Made by a program: the position numbers and the translations under genes. A stretch of 64,000 nt of DNA from Bacteroidota bacterium (GTDB taxonomy: Bacteria; Bacteroidota; Bacteroidia; Bacteroidales; WCHB1-69): positions 14,544 through 78,543 of the forward strand of contig JAKIZI010000003.1 in NCBI GenBank assembly GCA_022708105.1. The letters are read 5' to 3'. A model generated the notes under the pieces. It saw only the letters and a list, made by a program, of their open reading frames with translations. It did not search any database and was not told the DNA's origin. This document shows positions 56,285 to 64,000 of this stretch, piece by piece. Numbering within the stretch: position 1 is the stretch's first letter; every line of letters starts with the position of its first letter.

Positions 56285-57103
56285 TTAGTTTGTTATCACA
56301 ATTTTGCCGAGATAGGCTCCTTTATTTTTTGCTTGAACAATCCTAACTCCATTAATTATTTGGGGTTCTGATAAACTGGTATGGGTATGTCCTCCAATGA
56401 TTAAGTCGATACCACTCACTTGTTCGGCCAAAAGAGCATCGCATATAACTTGCGTGGGTTTTTCGGGTTGAAAACCCAAATGAGACAGACAAATAATCAG
56501 GTCGCAATTTGCTTCTTGGAGTTTGGCAACCATAATTTTGGCTGTTTCTATAGGGTCATTAAAAATAATATTGTTTGTTACTTCCGGGGAAGCAAGCCCT
56601 TTTAAATCTGGAGATAATCCAAAAATGCCGATTTTAGCACCATTTCTTTCCAGAATTACGTATGGTTTAATAAGAAAACGTAGCGGCTTAAACTTAAATT
56701 TGTAGTTGGCACATACAATTTGAAAATCTGCTTTCCGAAGTTGTTCCCACATAGCTTTGATGCCGTTGTCAAATTCGTGATTGCCAAGAGTTACGACATC
56801 ATAGCCCATCATATTCATTAAGGTGATCTCTGCTTCTCCCTTGAAAATATTGAAATAAGGGGTCCCTTGGAAAAAATCACCGGCATCTAACAATAGTAAA
56901 TTAGAATCTTTAAGTCGTTCTTGTTCAATAATTTCATTGCGTCTCAGAACGCCTCCAATATTTCCCAATTTTTTGTCTTGAAAAGGATCAATTTGACTAT
57001 GAGTATCATTGGTGTGAAGAATAGTAACTTGATATTCTTGTCCGGAGATGGAAATGAGAAAACTAAATAGAAAGAAACCGAGAAAAGTAATTTTTTTATA
57101 CAT
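56285..57103 (-). CDS. metallophosphoesterase (5'-nucleotidase/UshA N-terminal-domain type)
   Basis: 272 aa with a signal peptide. Calcineurin-like motifs HTNDTHS, DAGDFFQG, GNHEFD and GGHTH. Confidence 0.75.
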   Translation of the reverse strand: MYKKITFLGFFLFSFLISISGQEYQVTILHTNDTHSQIDPFQDKKLGNIGGVLRRNEIIEQERLKDSNLLLLDAGDFFQGTPYFNIFKGEAEITLMNMMGYDVVTLGNHEFDNGIKAMWEQLRKADFQIVCANYKFKFKPLRFLIKPYVILERNGAKIGIFGLSPDLKGLASPEVTNNIIFNDPIETAKIMVAKLQEANCDLIICLSHLGFQPEKPTQVICDALLAEQVSGIDLIIGGHTHTSLSEPQIINGVRIVQAKNKGAYLGKIVITN

Positions 57104-57134
57104 TTTATATATGAATATTCTTGATAAAGATTTT

Positions 57135-57875
57135 TTATTGAATTATAATTCGATCATCAAGGCGAGGGGAAATCTGTTTTCTCTCTTTAATAAAATTAAT
57201 AATGACATCTCTGAAGACCTTTCCGGTTGGATAGATTTGATCGATTTTCAGTCCGGTAAGAATATTATCGCCTCCATCTGCAATGAAATTTAAGGTTGCG
57301 ATTCTATAAATTTGATCATTTTCAATAGCTTTTCCATTTACGGTCACAGAAGCAATTTTACCACCTTGATATAACACTTGAGCATTAGAGTATGGTTGAT
57401 TTTCGGAAGGGGTAAATTTTTTAAACATTTTTTTTAATTCTGTTCCCTGAAGGGAGACAATAACCAATGTGTTTTCAAAAGGGGAGATAATATAAATATC
57501 TCCGACCGTAATATTCCCTTGTGCAATGAGATGGTCTCTGATTCCTCCAAAGTTAAGAAGGGACATATCTATCGGAACACCAACTTCTTGTAATGAAATA
57601 TTATTTCCAACTTCAAAGACAATATCAGTCAAAAGATTAGATAATTCACTTTGAGGTGTTTTTACCTGTAATGGAACATCTGTAATTCCAATAACCTGGT
57701 CCATCTCTTGTTGAAAGATTTGTTTTAAACTATCGATATAAAGACTCATTTCAGAAGAGGAGGATGGTTCATATACAGAGTCAACCAATATGTATGAATA
57801 TTGATAATTTTGTGCATTTCCAATGGTTAATACAAAAACTAAAATAGAGAGGAGTAAACTGATTTTACGTCTCAT
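57135..57875 (-). CDS. 5'-nucleotidase C-terminal domain protein
   Basis: 246 aa with its own signal peptide. The FGGIRD and NFIADGGD blocks are typical of the 5'-nucleotidase substrate-binding domain. Confidence 0.7.
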   Translation of the reverse strand: MRRKISLLLSILVFVLTIGNAQNYQYSYILVDSVYEPSSSSEMSLYIDSLKQIFQQEMDQVIGITDVPLQVKTPQSELSNLLTDIVFEVGNNISLQEVGVPIDMSLLNFGGIRDHLIAQGNITVGDIYIISPFENTLVIVSLQGTELKKMFKKFTPSENQPYSNAQVLYQGGKIASVTVNGKAIENDQIYRIATLNFIADGGDNILTGLKIDQIYPTGKVFRDVIINFIKERKQISPRLDDRIIIQ

Positions 57876-57907
57876 AGTGAATGTTTATTAATGAGCAAAA
57901 GTTGAAT

Positions 57908-58531
57908 TTATTTCGGAAACCCTACCGGCTGACCAAGAATAGCTTTTCCGTTAAATCCGATTAATTCTTTGATTTTATCTCTATTAATCATTCCGATAGC
58001 AACTGTATGTAATTCTTCCGATGCACAATAGAGATAGACATTTTGACTAACGTTTCCGCAATCGGTAGCGCCATAAAAAGCTCTTCCTTCATCATCGTAT
58101 GCAGTCATTTTATCGTAATTTGCCACATAAATCAATAGGATAGGAGCTTCTGCAGCGAAATCTTGTTTAGCAGCATCTTTTCTATAATCACCGGAGCGAA
58201 TTAATTTAAGATAGTGTTTTTGAGGTTCATAAAGAAAAATGCCTTTTTCAGTAAAAACGTAAACATCAATTTCTTGACAATTACGAGCTGACGGGGCAGT
58301 TCGTTTTCCATTATCTTCTCTATTAATTCCGTTAGCGGCCCAGAGTAAATTGCTGAGTTGTTGTTCTGACAAATATTGGGGAGAATAAGCGCGATTGGAT
58401 TGTCTTGCTGCCAATACTTCCATTAACGGTTTGCCTCCTTTTTTCTCCGGTTTGGGCAGAGTGATATCTTGAGCGTTACTTGTTACACACATCATGATTA
58501 GAATTAAAAAAAACAATTGAATCTGTTTCAT
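57908..58531 (-). CDS. nitroreductase-fold (SagB-type) family protein with signal peptide
   Basis: 207 aa. RQSNRAY motif and overall nitroreductase-like pattern. Confidence 0.55.
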   Translation of the reverse strand: MKQIQLFFLILIMMCVTSNAQDITLPKPEKKGGKPLMEVLAARQSNRAYSPQYLSEQQLSNLLWAANGINREDNGKRTAPSARNCQEIDVYVFTEKGIFLYEPQKHYLKLIRSGDYRKDAAKQDFAAEAPILLIYVANYDKMTAYDDEGRAFYGATDCGNVSQNVYLYCASEELHTVAIGMINRDKIKELIGFNGKAILGQPVGFPK

Positions 58532-58559
58532 AATAATATCCCAATTTAATTATTCTGTA

Positions 58560-59537
58560 TTATTTTTGTTTGGTTTGGGTTTGGCCTCCTTTGCCGATTG
58601 TATCGCGCATTTGAGTGTCCGCTTTAATGTTTTCTAATTTATAATAATCAAAAACCCCTAAGTTTCCTTCTTTAAAAGCTTGAGCCAATGCAAGTGGAAT
58701 TTCAGCTTCAGCTTCAATAACTTTAGCGCGCGCTTCTTGAGTTTTGGCTTTCATTTCTTGTTCTAATGCGATAGCCATAGCACGGCGTTCTTCCGCTCTG
58801 GCTTGTGCAATATTCTTATCGGCATTGGCTTGGTCCATTTGCAAGATGGCTCCAATGTTCTTACCTACATCAACATCTGCAATATCAATGGAAAGGATTT
58901 CGAAAGCTGTTCCGGAATCAAGCCCTTTATTTAATACTAATTTAGAAATGGAATCCGGATTTTCCAAAACCAGTTTATGTGTTGAGGCAGATCCGATAGC
59001 AGTAACGATTCCTTCGCCAACACGGGCAATAATTGTTTCTTCTCCGGCACCACCTACCAACTGTTTAATATTGGTTCTAACAGTTACACGGGCACGGGCA
59101 ATTAATTGAATCCCATCCTTTGCCACGGCAGCTACCGGCGGCGTATCAATAACTTTAGGAATAACGGAGGTGTTAATGGCTTCTAATACATTACGACCGG
59201 CCAAATCTATAGCAGTAGCAGCTTTGAAATCTAAAGGAATATTTGCTTTTCCGGCAGAAATTAAGGCATTTACTACAGGAATTACATGTCCTCCCGCAAG
59301 ATAATGGGCTTCTAATTGATTCCGGTTTAGTGGAATATCCGCTTTTGTTCCCATAATCAATGCATTTACGATAACTTCTCTCTTAACTTTTCTCCAAGGC
59401 ATAAGAACAAGCTGTAAAAGAGATACTCTCACTCCTGATAGTAAGGCTGAAAACCATAATCCGAGCGGGACAATCCATAAGAATAAGATTAATAGGAATA
59501 AACATCCGATAAAAATGATAATTGTTGTAGCATTCAT
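58560..59537 (-). CDS. floA: flotillin-like protein FloA (UPF0365, SPFH superfamily)
   Basis: 325 aa. N-terminal TM, an SPFH-like core, and a C-terminal Ala/Glu-rich coiled coil ([22 protein letters not shown]). Confidence 0.75.
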   Translation of the reverse strand: MNATTIIIFIGCLFLLILFLWIVPLGLWFSALLSGVRVSLLQLVLMPWRKVKREVIVNALIMGTKADIPLNRNQLEAHYLAGGHVIPVVNALISAGKANIPLDFKAATAIDLAGRNVLEAINTSVIPKVIDTPPVAAVAKDGIQLIARARVTVRTNIKQLVGGAGEETIIARVGEGIVTAIGSASTHKLVLENPDSISKLVLNKGLDSGTAFEILSIDIADVDVGKNIGAILQMDQANADKNIAQARAEERRAMAIALEQEMKAKTQEARAKVIEAEAEIPLALAQAFKEGNLGVFDYYKLENIKADTQMRDTIGKGGQTQTKQK

Positions 59538-59546
59538 ACGATAATT

Positions 59547-60017
59547 TTATTTTAATTTAACAATAATTTTATTTCCTTCTATTTTTGAAATAATAATTTC
59601 CTGACCAACATCAATAAATCCATGTGCAGAATGCACCTCTTCAACTTCGGTTCCAAATTTTCCTTTTCCGGCAGGTGCAAGGCGGGAAACTGCGATTCCA
59701 CTCATTCCTTCTTGAAGTTTATCCATATCAATTTCATTCATCTTTCCGGTTACGTTTTCATGCAACATTACCTTACGCCATGATTTGTTTCGGAAGATTA
59801 AAATCATAATAATAACCACCGCAATCAAAGTCCCCGCTAAGGTTATTGAACCGCCGACAGCTCCATATTCAAAATAGGATATAACAATTCCTGCACCAAC
59901 AAACAAAGCGCCAATTATGCCGACTACTCCTCCGGGTAATACTAAGAACTCCAATAATAGAGCCACTAAGCCCAATATAATTATTAATACAATTCCCAAC
60001 CAATTCATTGATGCCAA
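59547..60017 (-). CDS. NfeD family membrane protein
   Basis: 156 aa. N-terminal TM helices plus a C-terminal OB-fold-like soluble domain. Paired with floA. Confidence 0.7.
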   Translation of the reverse strand: MASMNWLGIVLIIILGLVALLLEFLVLPGGVVGIIGALFVGAGIVISYFEYGAVGGSITLAGTLIAVVIIMILIFRNKSWRKVMLHENVTGKMNEIDMDKLQEGMSGIAVSRLAPAGKGKFGTEVEEVHSAHGFIDVGQEIIISKIEGNKIIVKLK

Positions 60018-60248
60018 TTTTTTAGCAAAGATACATTTTTTTTATTTTGGTTTTATTATTTGGAGTACTTTATTAGAATTTTTTATTAATGTTTTTTTAT
60101 GGAAGTAAAATAGAGATTCAACTAAGAATTAAATCAATTTATTCTTTTTATGTTTCTATAAAACAATATATTAAAAATATTATTTAGACTAAAAATGATA
60201 AAATAGAAGTTTCACTTTGAAAAGAGAGCCCGATTAAACTATTTTTTG

Positions 60249-60256
60249 TACCTTTG
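60249..60256 (+). promoter_or_regulatory. -7 box TACCTTTG, probable native nifJ promoter
   Basis: 54 nt upstream of the first (truncated) copy of the nifJ start codon at 60311. Confidence 0.5.
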
Positions 60257-60301
60257 CATCTGTTTTGAAAACAATGTGAAAATAAATATATCACTAAAGA
60301 A

Positions 60302-60365
60302 CAAAAAGTTATGGCAGAAAAAAAATTTATGACTTGCGACGGTAACTATGCAGCAGCACATGTCG
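60302..60365 (+). repeat. direct repeat copy 1: duplicated nifJ 5' end (leader plus first 18 codons)
   Basis: 63 of 64 positions are identical to 61694-61757. The single difference is TAT versus TGT. It continues into a 50-codon ORF that diverges after AAAHV. Confidence 0.95.
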
Positions 60366-60469
60366 GACAGATTTTTTTGATGTCGTTGTTAGATGAAAGT
60401 AATGATAAAAATAAATTATTCTTTTATGCCTGTAACGCTATCTATAATAAAGATATAGATTAAAAATAA

Positions 60470-61654
60470 GTGAACATGGGAAGCGAGTTATCCAATATTT
60501 TAAATCTTGTCAACCAGATTGATACAACTAATCATGTGTTGCAACAGCGGGCTGTCTTGTCGGTCAATCGTTGTCTCACTTTTCGTAATTGGTTGATTGG
60601 ATATTACATCGCTGAATATGAAATGCAGGGAGTTGATAGAGCAGCATACGGTAGCAATCTGATAAAAGAGATTGCTAAACGAGTAAAACATATTAAAGGA
60701 TTGACAAGTAGTCAACTTTATACCTGCAAAAAATTTTATGATACCTATCCCTATTTTTTAGAACCTATTGTTTCATCACTCAAAGAAAGCGAAAAACAAC
60801 AAATTTCAATTTTACGGACACTGTCCGTAAAATTACAAAGCAATAATAATGAGAATGATACAATTTTCCGGTCAGTGACCGAAAAATCTTCGGAGCTTAT
60901 GGAAGTCAATAATGAAGTGGGCTTTTCTATGCCTCCCCAAATAATTTTTTCTCGATTATCATATTCACATTTTTTGGAATTATTACGAGTAGAAGATCCG
61001 CTCAAACGTATGTTTTATGAAGTAGAATCCGTAAAAAATTGCTGGAGTGTTCGACAATTGGAAAAGGCGATTGATACGTTACTTTGCGAAAGGACCCAAT
61101 TATCTATAAAGAAAGAATCCCTCATTGCAAAAATCAAAAATTTACCACCCAAAAGCAATCTCGAAATCATTCGCGACCCACTTAATTTGGAATTTTTAGG
61201 ATTAGAAGGGCTTACAGAATATTCCGAAAGCGATTTAGAGGCAGCAATTATCAATCATTTGCAAAAATTTTTAATAGAATTAGGACGTGGGTTTTGTTTT
61301 GAAGCAAGACAAAAACGGATTTCATTTGATAACACTTATTACTATATTGACTTGGTCTTTTATCATCGCATTTTAAAATGTAATATTTTAATAGACTTAA
61401 AAGTAGGAACATTTACACATGCCGATTCAGGACAGATGCAAATGTACTTGAATTATTATCAAATGGAGGAAATGAGTGAAGGAGATAATCCTCCTGTTGG
61501 CATTATTCTTTGTGCCGACAAAAAAGATTCACTAGTCAAGTATGCAACCGCTCACATCAATGAACAATTGTTTGTAAGCAAGTATCTTGTAGAACTTCCC
61601 AATAAAAAACAATTAGAAGAATTTATCAATAATGAAATGATAAAATATCAATAA
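60470..61654 (+). CDS. DUF1016 / YhcG-type PD-(D/E)xK nuclease family protein
   Basis: 394 aa. C-terminal nuclease core with YYIDLVFYHRILKCNILIDLKVG (D...D/ExK pattern). N-terminal helical domain typical of DUF1016. The start may be ATG 60476. Confidence 0.7.
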   Translation: MNMGSELSNILNLVNQIDTTNHVLQQRAVLSVNRCLTFRNWLIGYYIAEYEMQGVDRAAYGSNLIKEIAKRVKHIKGLTSSQLYTCKKFYDTYPYFLEPIVSSLKESEKQQISILRTLSVKLQSNNNENDTIFRSVTEKSSELMEVNNEVGFSMPPQIIFSRLSYSHFLELLRVEDPLKRMFYEVESVKNCWSVRQLEKAIDTLLCERTQLSIKKESLIAKIKNLPPKSNLEIIRDPLNLEFLGLEGLTEYSESDLEAAIINHLQKFLIELGRGFCFEARQKRISFDNTYYYIDLVFYHRILKCNILIDLKVGTFTHADSGQMQMYLNYYQMEEMSEGDNPPVGIILCADKKDSLVKYATAHINEQLFVSKYLVELPNKKQLEEFINNEMIKYQ

Positions 61655-61672
61655 TGATAAAATATCAATTAA

Positions 61673-64000
<2,328 letters not shown>

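Noticed and set aside
56285-57875. Split 5'-nucleotidase (metallophosphatase domain and C-terminal domain as two ORFs), possibly a frameshifted pseudogene.
   Set aside because: Each ORF has its own ATG and its own signal peptide, and they are separated by a 31-nt spacer. The two-gene arrangement is common in Bacteroidota.

Overview
Visibly AT-rich chromosomal segment with the hallmarks of a Bacteroidota (Bacteroidales-like) genome. TAnnTTTG -7 promoter boxes sit upstream of many operons. T9SS parts are present: a PorQ-like barrel and two secreted enzymes with T9SS C-terminal sorting domains. Conserved housekeeping blocks include rpsU-xer-hpf, rpsL-rpsG-fusA-rpsJ, atpBEFHAG (no atpDC), bamD-rpoZ-coaBC, rpmG-DUF4295-ftsY, a tRNA Thr-Tyr-Gly cluster, folP/queD, anmK, nnr, a POT transporter, floA/nfeD, and the 5' part of nifJ (PFOR).

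Three things are not housekeeping:
(1) A ~6.9 kb island (17.8-24.7 kb) lies between the POT transporter and an M4 protease gene. It opens with a GC-rich non-coding block and two abutting 21-bp tandem-repeat arrays. Four copies of a conserved cassette leader follow. Each leader has a non-coding segment with a TATATTTG promoter box, its own ATG, and a fragment of the Rhs repeat-associated core. Three leaders are fused to different C-terminal toxin-like domains, each followed by a signal-peptide-bearing candidate immunity gene. The fourth is a frameshifted stub. An HU-family gene with four 22-bp iteron-like repeats sits inside the array. No full-length rhs gene and no recombinase is seen in the island.
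(2) A 1.39 kb insertion carrying a DUF1016/YhcG-type PD-(D/E)xK nuclease gene sits between the nifJ promoter and nifJ. It is flanked by a 64-bp direct duplication of the nifJ 5' end.
(3) A family of GC-rich structured intergenic repeats includes a 418-bp copy bounded by 14-bp terminal inverted repeats.

All functional calls are motif- and memory-based, with no database search. Coordinates of starts are best guesses.
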